27,497 nucleotides of DNA. Source: an uncultured Syntrophomonadaceae bacterium (GTDB lineage: Bacteria; Bacillota; Syntrophomonadia; Syntrophomonadales; Syntrophomonadaceae). Shown here one piece after another: positions 17,290 to 27,497 of the stretch. The notes beneath the pieces were generated by a model. That model was not told where the DNA came from, did not search any database, and saw only the letters and a program-made list of their open reading frames with translations. The position numbers and the translations under genes were made by a program. The number at the start of each line of letters is the position of its first letter. Positions within the stretch are counted from its first letter, which is position 1. The stretch covers positions 1 to 27,497 of the forward strand of contig CAZYLY010000004.1 in NCBI GenBank assembly GCA_964648825.1, read 5' to 3'.

Positions 17290-18045
17290 ATGGCTGGACA
17301 TTCTAAATGGGCTAACATTAAACATAAAAAAGCCCGCTCTGATGAAAAAAGAGGTAAGGAATTTACTAAAATTGCTAAGGAAATTACTATTGCAGTTCGT
17401 TCCGGCGGCGGTGGTGACCCAGAATCTAATTCTAAATTAAAATTAGCTATTCAAAAAGCTAAAGCTATAAATATGCCTAATGATAATATTAACCGGGCCA
17501 TTAAAAAAGGTACGGGAGAAATAGATAGTGATATTATTGAGGAAATAGTATACGAAGGTTATGCGCCAGCTGGTATTGCCGTGTTGCTAGAAATAGCTAC
17601 TGATAATCGTAATCGTACTGCTTCTGAAATCAGGCACCTGTTTTCGAAAAATAATGGCAATATGGGTGAAGGTGGTTGTGTAGCATGGATGTTTAATCGC
17701 GCCGGGCTTATAACTGTAAGTAAAGAAAATGTAAATGATGAAGAAGAGCTTATGTTGCAAGCTATAGAAGCCGGAGCGGACGATGTACGTGATGAAGGGG
17801 ATGTATGGGAAATCATAACTTCTCCAGAAAACTTTATGGAAGTAAAAGAAAAATTAGAAAAAGATAATATTATTATTGAAGATGCAGATGTAATAATGTT
17901 AGCTGAAAATACTACCGAAATTAGTGATGAAGAAACTGCGGCTAAAATATTAAAACTAATTGATTTGTTCGAAGACCATGATGATGTGCAAAATGTTTAT
18001 ACTAATATGTCCATACCAGATGAAATAATGGAGAAACTAGTCTAA
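17290..18045 (+). CDS. yebC: YebC/PmpR family protein
   Basis: MAGHSKWANIKHKK, YEGYAP, TDNRNRT and DHDDVQNVYTN. Confidence 0.95.
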   Translation: MAGHSKWANIKHKKARSDEKRGKEFTKIAKEITIAVRSGGGGDPESNSKLKLAIQKAKAINMPNDNINRAIKKGTGEIDSDIIEEIVYEGYAPAGIAVLLEIATDNRNRTASEIRHLFSKNNGNMGEGGCVAWMFNRAGLITVSKENVNDEEELMLQAIEAGADDVRDEGDVWEIITSPENFMEVKEKLEKDNIIIEDADVIMLAENTTEISDEETAAKILKLIDLFEDHDDVQNVYTNMSIPDEIMEKLV

Positions 18046-18082
18046 AGAATTTTATCTAAAGAATTTTATCTAAAGAATTATA
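18041..18082 (+). repeat. 14-bp tandem repeat x3 overlapping the yebC stop codon
   Basis: TCTAAAGAATTTTA, TCTAAAGAATTTTA, TCTAAAGAATTATA; followed by degenerate GAATTAA-like units up to about 18137. Confidence 0.85.
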
Positions 18083-18135
18083 AATTATATTTTTAAAATT
18101 TTGAATTGAGAATTAAAAATTAGGAATTAAGAATT

Positions 18136-18161
18136 AAAAAACGGGGAAAATCCCCGTTTTT
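18136..18161. terminator. Bidirectional intrinsic terminator between convergent genes
   Basis: AAAAAACGGGGA-AAA-TCCCCGTTTTT, with A/T runs on both sides. Confidence 0.85.
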
Positions 18162-18162
18162 G

Positions 18163-18831
18163 TTATGCGTCTTTCTTTTCTTTATGCAAGGCTATCTCAC
18201 TTTTAGGCACTTCTAGACGAAATTCCCCATTAACAAAACTAGCTTTAAGTTCTTTAGAGTTAACTTTGACCGGCAGGACTGATAAAACACTCTTAAGATT
18301 TAGTTTATTAGGGTATAATTCCATATCTTTGAAAGTTTCGATTTTCATCCAAGGAGCTTCAAGTTTGAATACTAAATCGTCATCCTCACTATAAATTTTC
18401 ACCGGTAAATCCATGGTGAAGTTTTGGGCAAAAATATTATAACCATAATCTATATCTCCATAAGTGCTGAGTATATCTAATGGTGTACCTGCCCAATTAT
18501 CAAATTGTTCTAAAACTTTTTCTAAAGAAGAATTATTTGTAGTCTTTTTCCTAGTATCAAGTGCTTCGTAATAGAAAGATTTTACTACTTCTAAATTAGG
18601 GCTAAAATCTTCTATGTCAGTTTCCCAAATCATTCCGTTTGAAAGGGTCATCTCTAATTGGCTATAAACCTCTTTTTTCCGCGGAGTATCTAACGATACT
18701 GGTATAGTAACCGAATCAAAACTATCAACTTCCCCAACATCAATAAGTGCTGCTTGCTCCGCTGATACTGAATAGACTTCTGCAAAGGATGAACTAGAAT
18801 CCATTAAATTATCAAATCTATACATTTTCAT
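18163..18831 (-). CDS. Protein with an unknown N-terminal region and a C-terminal Hsp20/alpha-crystallin-like domain
   Basis: Strong RBS (AGGAGG on the minus strand, plus-strand CCTCCT about 18834-18839). The C-terminus PVKIYSEDDDLVFKLEAP...LPVKVNSKELKASFVNGEFRLEVPK follows the alpha-crystallin pattern. Confidence 0.65.
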   Translation of the reverse strand: MKMYRFDNLMDSSSSFAEVYSVSAEQAALIDVGEVDSFDSVTIPVSLDTPRKKEVYSQLEMTLSNGMIWETDIEDFSPNLEVVKSFYYEALDTRKKTTNNSSLEKVLEQFDNWAGTPLDILSTYGDIDYGYNIFAQNFTMDLPVKIYSEDDDLVFKLEAPWMKIETFKDMELYPNKLNLKSVLSVLPVKVNSKELKASFVNGEFRLEVPKSEIALHKEKKDA

Positions 18832-18904
18832 ACCTCCTATAAGAATTTTTATTTTTCGGAAAATTCAAAATTAATTTGACTTTTGTTTGACCTTTATCTA
18901 TCTC

Positions 18905-18934
18905 TATTATAGACCTGCTTGTGAACAATTATGC
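18905..18934 (-). promoter_or_regulatory. Candidate forespore (sigma-F/G-like) promoter for the alpha-crystallin gene
   Basis: Minus strand GCATA-N15-GTCTATAATA versus the B. subtilis sigma-F consensus GYATA-N15-GGNNANAHTR. Confidence 0.3.
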
Positions 18935-19026
18935 AAATAGAAAAAACCTCATATTATCCTCTTAGTAGAAATTAGGTAAGTTTAGCTACTATTTATGGAC
19001 TAAATCATTAAAATACTACTTTCTTT

Positions 19027-19055
19027 GTATATCTGGCTGATTTTTGGAAAAAATA
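19027..19055 (+). promoter_or_regulatory. Candidate sigma-F-like promoter for the bofC-like gene
   Basis: GTATA-N14-GGAAAAAATA; both boxes match the consensus, but the spacer is one base short of 15. Confidence 0.4.
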
Positions 19056-19076
19056 TATTTTAGAGGTGAAATTATT

Positions 19077-19646
19077 ATGAGAAAACAGGTTAATGTAGTA
19101 TTAGCTATAACTGTTTGGGCAGTTTTTTTTGGTTTAGGCTTTTTGTTGGCTAATATTTATAATGCTTATACAATTAGAGATACCCCGCAAAAGCCGGTAG
19201 TTGATATTAAAGAAAAAAGAGAGATTATAACGGAAGATACTCAAATAATTTACGAGCAAAAATTTTTGCTCTGTAATCATATGGTTATTTCCCCATTTAA
19301 AGATCGGGAAATATTAGAAGGCAAATCTTTAGAGCAACTGAAAAAGAGCTTTACCGCTGTTAATGGTTATGATTTAAAATTAGAAAACGACACCTTAATT
19401 ATTTATCAAGAAATAGATGACTTTTGTCCAGAAGATAAGAAAAAATGCCGCCTGAAAGATTATCAAGGCTTTGTAGCAGTATATAAAGGGGCTAATGCTG
19501 ATAATGATGCTTTAGAAAAAGTTACTTCTATCCGCATGAATTCATTGCCCCCCGAAATTCAGAAAAAAATCCGTCAAGGGGAGTGGGAATTTAGTGATAT
19601 TAACGCTATAAATGATGCTTTGGAAAACTTAGATGAATATTTGTAA
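19077..19646 (+). CDS. BofC C-terminal domain-like sporulation protein with N-terminal membrane/signal segment
   Basis: Hydrophobic N-terminus; IIYEQKFLLCNH, IDDFCPEDK and LKDYQGFVAVYKG resemble clostridial BofC-domain proteins; position upstream of ruv genes as for B. subtilis bofC. ATG 19077 after GAGGTG. Confidence 0.6.
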   Translation: MRKQVNVVLAITVWAVFFGLGFLLANIYNAYTIRDTPQKPVVDIKEKREIITEDTQIIYEQKFLLCNHMVISPFKDREILEGKSLEQLKKSFTAVNGYDLKLENDTLIIYQEIDDFCPEDKKKCRLKDYQGFVAVYKGANADNDALEKVTSIRMNSLPPEIQKKIRQGEWEFSDINAINDALENLDEYL

Positions 19647-19693
19647 AATAAAATAATAATATATTATATTAATACCTGTTTTTCCCATTAGAG

Positions 19694-19723
19694 TTGTCTA
19701 AATATTTAGTCTTTTGATACAAT
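19694..19723 (+). promoter_or_regulatory. Candidate sigma-A promoter with extended -10 for the ALDH-ADH pair
   Basis: TTGTCT-N18-TACAAT with TGn immediately before the -10; palindrome CTAAATATTTAG at 19698-19709. Confidence 0.5.
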
Positions 19724-19791
19724 CTAGTTAGACGCTTTTTGAAGGAGGCAGGTTTTTTTATTGTTAAAAAGCTAGATGGGAGGAATTATTA

Positions 19792-21309
19792 ATGGGAAAT
19801 ATTATGAATTACCAGATGTTTATCAACGGAGAATGGACCAAGGGCAAGTCAGATGAACTAATGGAAATAATTAACCCGGCTACTAGAAAAATAGTGGCAA
19901 CTGTTCCCCTGGCTAATCATGAAGATGTTAATTATGCAGTGGGTTTAGCCCGGCAAACTTTTGAATCAGGAATTTGGGCTAATAAAACAATTGATGAACG
20001 AGCTGAAATATTAATGAATGCTGCTATGTTAGTTATAGCTAATAAAGAACGTTTAGCTTACTTAGAATCGCTTACTTCAGGTTCTACTATTCGCCGAACT
20101 TCTACTGTAGATGTGGCGGAAGTGGGGGGAACCCTATTGCTGACTGCTATGATGGCAAAAGAGCTTCCCGCAGTTGAACATTCCTTTTTTTCACCTCCTT
20201 GGGTAGCCCCTATGCACAGTTATTGGAAAAGGGAACCTATTGGGATATGTGCCGGTATAACTCCTTGGAATTTTCCGCTTATTTTAGCTATTTTTAAAAT
20301 TGCCCCGGCTTTGATGATGGGTAATAGTTTAGTTATTAAACCGGCTGAAACAACTCCGATTACTACTCTGGAATTAGCTAAGATTTTACATGATGCCGGA
20401 GTGCCGGCGGGGGTTTTTAATGTAGTTACCGGGGCCGGGAATACCGGAAGTTTATTAGCTGGACATCCTGAAGTTGATAAAATTGCCTTTACTGGTTCTA
20501 CTGCAGTAGGGAAGATGATTGCCCATCAAGCTGCTGATGATATTAAACGGGTAACTTTGGAATTAGGGGGGAAGTCGCCCCTAATCATTCTTGATGATGC
20601 AGATTTAGAAGTAGCAATTAACATGTCATTATTAGCTTTCTTATTTCATTCGGGGCAAGTATGTGAATCAGGTACGCGTTTATTAGTACCGCGCAATCGG
20701 CAAGACGAGCTAGTAGCGGGTATGATAAGAAAAATTGAACGGATGAAAATTGGGGATCAACTAGACATAACTACCGATTTAGGGCCTATTGCTAATGAAA
20801 AGCAAATTAAGACTATTATGCGTTATGTGGAGTTAGGCAAAAAAGAAGGGGCTAAGCTTGCTTATGGCGGTAATCGCTTAACTGAAGGTATTTATGGAGA
20901 AGGATTCTTCTTTGAGCCGACTATTTTTATAAATTGTAATAATAATATGACCCATGTCCGGGAAGAAATTTTTGGGCCTGTTCAAAGTGTTATCCCTTAT
21001 GATGATATAGATGAAGCTATAGCGATTGCGAATGATAGTCCTTATGGCTTAGGGGGAGGGGTATGCAGTACAAATGCTGGCAAAGCCCAGCTTATAGCTA
21101 ACAGATTACGCACTGGTACTGTATGGATTAATACCTGGCATGTTTTGCGTCCTGATGCACCTTTTGGCGGTTATAAGCAAAGTGGTTACGGGCGTGAATG
21201 TTGTTATCATTCACTTTTAGCTTATAGTGAAGTTAAACATATATGTCAAGATTTAACCCCAGATGGTAATGATAAGTTGATGAATTTACTGATCGGTATA
21301 AATGATTAA
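19792..21309 (+). CDS. NAD(P)-dependent aldehyde dehydrogenase (ALDH superfamily)
   Basis: ITPWNFP, KPAETTP, FTGSTAVG, LELGGKSP, GQVC (catalytic Cys), EEIFGPV and PFGGYKQSGYGRE. Confidence 0.93.
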   Translation: MGNIMNYQMFINGEWTKGKSDELMEIINPATRKIVATVPLANHEDVNYAVGLARQTFESGIWANKTIDERAEILMNAAMLVIANKERLAYLESLTSGSTIRRTSTVDVAEVGGTLLLTAMMAKELPAVEHSFFSPPWVAPMHSYWKREPIGICAGITPWNFPLILAIFKIAPALMMGNSLVIKPAETTPITTLELAKILHDAGVPAGVFNVVTGAGNTGSLLAGHPEVDKIAFTGSTAVGKMIAHQAADDIKRVTLELGGKSPLIILDDADLEVAINMSLLAFLFHSGQVCESGTRLLVPRNRQDELVAGMIRKIERMKIGDQLDITTDLGPIANEKQIKTIMRYVELGKKEGAKLAYGGNRLTEGIYGEGFFFEPTIFINCNNNMTHVREEIFGPVQSVIPYDDIDEAIAIANDSPYGLGGGVCSTNAGKAQLIANRLRTGTVWINTWHVLRPDAPFGGYKQSGYGRECCYHSLLAYSEVKHICQDLTPDGNDKLMNLLIGIND

Positions 21310-21331
21310 GGGGAAAAAGGAGGGTTTAACA

Positions 21332-22573
21332 ATGACTACACCAAAATATTTTATGTGGGATTTTTATAGTATTGTGGAAGTAGGGGCTGGTTGTCGCACC
21401 TTTATTCCGCAAAGGTTCAGTGATATGGGCTGCAAAAGAATTGGCTTAATTACTGATATAGGCATAGTCAAGGCGGGAATTGTAGACGATATAATCAGTA
21501 TCTTTCAAGCTCAAGGGCAGCCAAAAATAGTCGGCATATATGACCAAATCGAACCAGATGCAGTTATGACCAGGATTAATGATTGTGCGAGATGGTGCCG
21601 GGAATTAGCTATAGACGGGCTTTTAGCAGTTGGCGGCGGAAGTGTGCTCGATTCGGTTAAGGGTGTCAAGGCAATGCTCGGTATGGGGGTTATAGATATT
21701 AAGGAAATCATGCCGGGCAATATCGGCCCCTATTTACGCCCCCTGGGAAAACCTTTAAATATTCCCCATATTGCAGTCCCGACTACTGCTGGTACTGGTT
21801 CGGAATCTTCTCCTATTGCAGTTATATATAATGAAGAAGTAAAGGTGAAGGGGGATTTGCTACATCCTTATCTACCGGCTGATTATGCTTTTTTAGACCC
21901 GGATTTTACCATTGGTTTACCCCCAAGCATTACCGCTTTTACCGGATTTGATGCTCTATCCCATGCCGTAGAGGCAATAAGCTCACCGGGGGGGAATTGC
22001 ATGATAGATGGATTAGCTATTCAAGCCATTAAGCTAATTAGAAAATATTTACCTATAGCAATTGACGAAGGGAACAATCTGGAGGCGCGTACTAAAATGT
22101 TAGTAGCAAGTAATATGGCTATAATGGCTTTTGCCATGTCGGGTTTATTCTATCCAATTCATAATGTAGCCCATGCCGTAGGGGGACAGCTAAGAATTCC
22201 CCATGGAGAAGCTAATGCAGTCTTAATTCCGATTTTAATGGATAATTATCCGAAACATTATCTTGAAAGTGCTGAAGTTCTGGCAGATGCATTTGGGGTT
22301 AGAATAAGTAAGCTAGATGAGCTAGATGAAGAAAAAAGTGAAGAAATGGAAGTCACAGCTAATAGACCTGCGGAGGAAATAATTAAATTAGTGGCCGAAA
22401 AGGTTAGAGGGCTGCAAAAAGAATGCGAAATTAAATCTAAGTTTACTGATAGAGTAAGTGCAGAAATCTTAGAAAATTTATACTGGGCAGTGAAATTTGA
22501 TCCCTCCGGTATTTTTTATCCCTTACCAGATGATATTATTCGTACCACCTTGAAAGATGCTTTTGAAATATAA
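21332..22573 (+). CDS. Iron-containing alcohol dehydrogenase family protein
   Basis: GGGSVLD, PTTAGTGSE, DALSHAVEA, HNVAH and HGEANA metal/NAD motifs; ATG 21332 after AAGGAGG. Confidence 0.9.
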   Translation: MTTPKYFMWDFYSIVEVGAGCRTFIPQRFSDMGCKRIGLITDIGIVKAGIVDDIISIFQAQGQPKIVGIYDQIEPDAVMTRINDCARWCRELAIDGLLAVGGGSVLDSVKGVKAMLGMGVIDIKEIMPGNIGPYLRPLGKPLNIPHIAVPTTAGTGSESSPIAVIYNEEVKVKGDLLHPYLPADYAFLDPDFTIGLPPSITAFTGFDALSHAVEAISSPGGNCMIDGLAIQAIKLIRKYLPIAIDEGNNLEARTKMLVASNMAIMAFAMSGLFYPIHNVAHAVGGQLRIPHGEANAVLIPILMDNYPKHYLESAEVLADAFGVRISKLDELDEEKSEEMEVTANRPAEEIIKLVAEKVRGLQKECEIKSKFTDRVSAEILENLYWAVKFDPSGIFYPLPDDIIRTTLKDAFEI

Positions 22574-22596
22574 TATTTTTAAGTAGGATAATTTTT

Positions 22597-22629
22597 AGGA
22601 TAAATCAATATTTTGGTTTATCCTTTTTT
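22597..22629 (+). terminator. Intrinsic terminator after adh
   Basis: AGGATAAATCA-ATATTT-TGGTTTATCCT followed by a T run. Confidence 0.65.
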
Positions 22630-22722
22630 GTTTTCAACCATCCCTGCAGATAAGTAAGTAGCGCCATTTCAATTTTTACAGTAATATTAATAGTGAATAA
22701 TAAACAAGGTGGCATATTAATT

Positions 22723-23220
22723 ATGTTAGTATTAGGAATCGACCCTGGTACTGCTACTACCGGTTTTGGTTTGGTTAAGTATGATAAGGGACAGCCTAAG
22801 ATGGTAGATTACGGTGTTATTAGTACTAAGGCTGATATGGAGATGGCATTAAGGCTAGGGAAGATTAATCGAGATTTAGATAGTTTAATAACTAAATATC
22901 ATCCTGACGTGGTTGCCGTGGAACATCTTTATCACCAAAGTAATGCTAAAACGGTTATTACCGTAGCCCAAGGACGGGGTGTAATTCTTATGACTGCTGC
23001 TATCCGGGGAATTGAAGTGGCGGAATATACACCCTTACAAGTTAAGCAATCAGTAGTCGGTTATGGTAAAGCGGATAAAAATCAAGTCCAATATATGGTG
23101 CAAAAGTTACTAGCCTTAGCAAGTCCGCCTAAACCGGATGATGCAGCTGATGCTTTAGCGGTAGCTATTTGCCATATTCATTCTTATAAATTAAGGAATA
23201 TTTATAAAGGTGGTAATTAA
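22723..23220 (+). CDS. ruvC: Holliday junction resolvase RuvC
   Basis: LGIDPG, VAVE, EYTPLQVKQSVVGYGKADK and DDAADALAVAICH. Confidence 0.95.
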   Translation: MLVLGIDPGTATTGFGLVKYDKGQPKMVDYGVISTKADMEMALRLGKINRDLDSLITKYHPDVVAVEHLYHQSNAKTVITVAQGRGVILMTAAIRGIEVAEYTPLQVKQSVVGYGKADKNQVQYMVQKLLALASPPKPDDAADALAVAICHIHSYKLRNIYKGGN

Positions 23221-23814
23221 GTGATTGCCTATATTAAAGGAATTTTAACGGTTGTTGAAATAAATTATATTATTGTGGAAACTAATGGTATCGGTTATCA
23301 GATACAAGTACATAATCGTGTTTTTGCTAATTTACCAGCCTTAGGGGAAAAGGTGTTAGTATATACTTATTTCCAAGTGACGGAAAATGAACATAGATTA
23401 TTTGGATTTCTGGAGAAAAACGAAATTAAACTTTTTGAAAAGATTATAACGGTGTCGGGTATGGGTACCAAAGCGGGTTTAAGCATTTTATCCGGTATGG
23501 AGCCTAATGCTTTTTGTAATGCCATTATTACGCAGGATGAAAAGGTTTTAACTACTATTCCGGGTATCGGTAAGAAAAGCGCTGCCCGGCTAATATTTGA
23601 ATTGAAAGATAAGTTAGGTGATTTAGCGTTGGTGGTACCAGCGACTGGTGGCGTTAATATAGCGGAATTAATTGAAGCGATGGAGGTATTAGGTTATAAA
23701 GCTAGTGAATTAATGCCGCTTATTAATGAATTAGCTGAAAGTGGAAAGTTACAAGCTGATACTAGTATAAATATTAAGTTACTTTTACAAAGAATTAATG
23801 TGAACAAAGCATAG
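23221..23814 (+). CDS. ruvA: Holliday junction branch migration protein RuvA
   Basis: MIAYIKG, GIGY, LFGF, VSGMGTK, IPGIGKKSAARLIFELKDK and LGY. Confidence 0.94.
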   Translation: MIAYIKGILTVVEINYIIVETNGIGYQIQVHNRVFANLPALGEKVLVYTYFQVTENEHRLFGFLEKNEIKLFEKIITVSGMGTKAGLSILSGMEPNAFCNAIITQDEKVLTTIPGIGKKSAARLIFELKDKLGDLALVVPATGGVNIAELIEAMEVLGYKASELMPLINELAESGKLQADTSINIKLLLQRINVNKA

Positions 23815-23832
23815 GGGTTGGGGGTTTATATT

Positions 23833-24861
23833 TTGCAAGAAGAAAGAATAGTATCACCTAATAGTATTGGTGAAGAGGATTTTGCCGACCAATCGATAAG
23901 GCCGTTAGTATTAAAAGATTATATTGGTCAAGATAAGGTCAAGGAAAATATTTCGGTATTCATTGCGGCGGCCAAAGAACGGCAAGAATCACTTGACCAT
24001 GTGCTCTTAAGCGGCCCTCCGGGCTTAGGCAAAACTACCTTAGCTTCTATAATTGCTAATGAAACGGGGCATCATATTAGAAAAACTTCGGGGCCTGCCA
24101 TTGAAAGACCTGGGGATTTAGCAGCTATTATTACAAACTTGGAACCAGGGGAAGTATTATTCATCGATGAAATTCACCGGCTTAACCGGGTAGTAGAGGA
24201 AGTATTATATCCGGCGATGGAGGATTTTGCTATCGATATAGTAATCGGCAAAGGACCCGCCGCTAGAACCTTGCGTATCGACTTACCAGCGTTTACCTTA
24301 ATAGGGGCTACTACTAGACCGGGGCTATTAACTTCACCATTAAGGGACAGATTCGGCATTATGTGCCGGTTAGATTTTTATACCCCAGAAGATTTAGCTA
24401 CGATAATTGTAAGGTCAGCCAACATATTAAATATAGAGATTACTAAAGAAGGGGCTGGAGAAATTGCTAAACGCTCCAGAGGTACTCCTCGCATAGCCAA
24501 CCGTTTATTAAAAAGAGTGGGGGATTTTGCTTTAGTCGAGGGTAAGGGCATAATTGATATTGACTTAGCTAAATCAGCCTTAACTAGACTAGATATAGAT
24601 GAATCAGGTTTAGATATGGTGGATAGAATGATTTTAGAGGCTATTATTACTAAATTTAACGGCGGCCCCGTGGGGTTAGAAACATTAGCAGCGGCTGTTT
24701 CCGAAGAAACTGATACGATTACTGATGTATATGAGCCGTATTTATTAAAACTCGGCTTACTGCAAAAAACTCCTCGAGGCAGGGTGGTTACGGAGTTAGC
24801 TGTTAGGCATATGGGATATCCTGTTAAGGAAGTGTCTAATTTGAATTTGTTTAGTGATTAG
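23833..24861 (+). CDS. ruvB: Holliday junction DNA helicase RuvB
   Basis: [13 protein letters not shown] (Walker A), [25 protein letters not shown] and TPRGR. TTG 23833 is the likely start (23818 alternative). Confidence 0.96.
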   Translation: MQEERIVSPNSIGEEDFADQSIRPLVLKDYIGQDKVKENISVFIAAAKERQESLDHVLLSGPPGLGKTTLASIIANETGHHIRKTSGPAIERPGDLAAIITNLEPGEVLFIDEIHRLNRVVEEVLYPAMEDFAIDIVIGKGPAARTLRIDLPAFTLIGATTRPGLLTSPLRDRFGIMCRLDFYTPEDLATIIVRSANILNIEITKEGAGEIAKRSRGTPRIANRLLKRVGDFALVEGKGIIDIDLAKSALTRLDIDESGLDMVDRMILEAIITKFNGGPVGLETLAAAVSEETDTITDVYEPYLLKLGLLQKTPRGRVVTELAVRHMGYPVKEVSNLNLFSD

Positions 24862-24984
24862 CAAAGCTAAGCAGTTGGTGTTTCCCCATGCGAAGGCCTA
24901 GCGCCGGAATATTTAACAATTCAACTTCCCCCAGCTAACTGTTTTGTCATCAACCTAATCCTAATCGGCAATGGAGTGAAAATA

Positions 24985-25548
24985 ATGGAAAAAGTATTAC
25001 TGCATATATGTTGTGGTCCTTGTGCAACTTATCCGGTGCCAAGCCTGCGTGAAGAAGGTTTTAATCTGATGGGTTATTTTTATAACCCTAATATTCACCC
25101 CTATACAGAATATATAAAAAGAAAAGAAAGCCTAGAGGAGTTTGCTAAACAGACTGATTTAAAGGTAATATATGAAGAAAAATATAATCCGGTTGAATAC
25201 TTTCAAACTATTGCTCATCGGGAACATATCAGATGCCGATTTTGTTACCAGATTAGGTTGGAGCAGGCAGCCCATATAGCTAAAAAGGGCAAGTTTGATT
25301 ACTTCACTACGACCTTATTAGTTAGTAAATATCAAAAGCATAATTGGATTAAGGAAGTCGGGGAAGCAGTAGGCTCAAAATATGGGATACCCTTTTTATA
25401 CCGTGATTTTCGGGAAGGTTTTAAAGATACGGTTAAAATGTCAAAAGAACTAGGGTTATACCGCCAACAATATTGTGGCTGTCTATATAGTGAAATCGAA
25501 CGTTATGCCCCTAAAGATTTAGCGGCAGAGATTTTTGCGAAGTCTTAA
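24985..25548 (+). CDS. queH: Epoxyqueuosine reductase QueH (DUF208)
   Basis: LLHICCGPC, FYNPNIHP, RCRFCY, FTTTL and YRQQYCGC; adjacent to queA/tgt. ATG 24985 after GGAG. Confidence 0.88.
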   Translation: MEKVLLHICCGPCATYPVPSLREEGFNLMGYFYNPNIHPYTEYIKRKESLEEFAKQTDLKVIYEEKYNPVEYFQTIAHREHIRCRFCYQIRLEQAAHIAKKGKFDYFTTTLLVSKYQKHNWIKEVGEAVGSKYGIPFLYRDFREGFKDTVKMSKELGLYRQQYCGCLYSEIERYAPKDLAAEIFAKS

Positions 25549-25568
25549 TATATACTAGGAGTGATATT

Positions 25569-25799
25569 TTGCCGGGATTAGAAAATATAGCTAAAACCTT
25601 AATTGCCATAGGTTTTTTAATAATAGTAATAGGAATTATTATTTTGCTCCTATCTAAAGTAGGAGGAATAAATAATTTTAGGCTACCAGGTGATATATAC
25701 ATTAAAAAAGAAAACTTCTCCTTTTACTTTCCTATAACTACTTTTTTGCTGTTAAGCTTAATTTTAACCTTAATAGCTAATTTTATTTTCAGGAGATAA
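25569..25799 (+). CDS. Small membrane protein, DUF2905-like
   Basis: Two hydrophobic segments flanking RLPGDI...NFSFYFPITT; typical position upstream of queA. Confidence 0.8.
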   Translation: MPGLENIAKTLIAIGFLIIVIGIIILLLSKVGGINNFRLPGDIYIKKENFSFYFPITTFLLLSLILTLIANFIFRR

Positions 25800-25802
25800 G
25801 AG

Positions 25803-27497
<1,695 letters not shown>

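Noticed and set aside
18041-18082. CRISPR array
   Set aside because: The repeats are 14 bp, directly adjacent without spacers, and no cas genes are present.
24884-24906. Resemblance of CCCCATGCGA and TAGCGCCG to 5S rRNA segments
   Set aside because: Only two short words match, the intervening and flanking 5S sequence is missing, and there is no rRNA operon context.

Overview
AT-rich anaerobic Firmicute chromosome segment; gene content resembles Syntrophomonadaceae-type syntrophs (inference). 1-12.9 kb is a formate/Mo-W cofactor region: a membrane-anchored FdnGHI-type formate dehydrogenase (fdnG truncated by the window start), fdhE, and a cytoplasmic selenocysteine formate dehydrogenase that the ORF track splits at an in-frame UGA followed by a SECIS-like hairpin. 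Next come a MoeA-like gene broken by a 49-bp direct repeat plus one extra base, moeA, short NuoE/NuoF-like NADH subunits with non-bifurcating-type motifs, an HTH-TOBE regulator and a tatA/B gene. 13-18 kb: metH, cysK, nadE, yebC. 18-22.6 kb is an accessory block inside the yebC-ruvCAB neighbourhood: a divergent alpha-crystallin-domain gene, a bofC-like gene and an ALDH plus Fe-ADH pair. 22.7-27.5 kb: ruvCAB, queH, a DUF2905-like gene, queA and a partial tgt that is absent from the ORF track. No rRNA, tRNA, CRISPR array or transposase was seen. Most notable: the UGA recoding, the 50-bp frameshifting duplication (assembly artefact or reversible lesion), a 27/30-nt shared translation-initiation region between the unrelated fdnH and adh genes, the HTH-TOBE regulator, and the alpha-crystallin gene with a forespore-type promoter motif. 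All family calls come from motif recognition by eye; no database searches were run.
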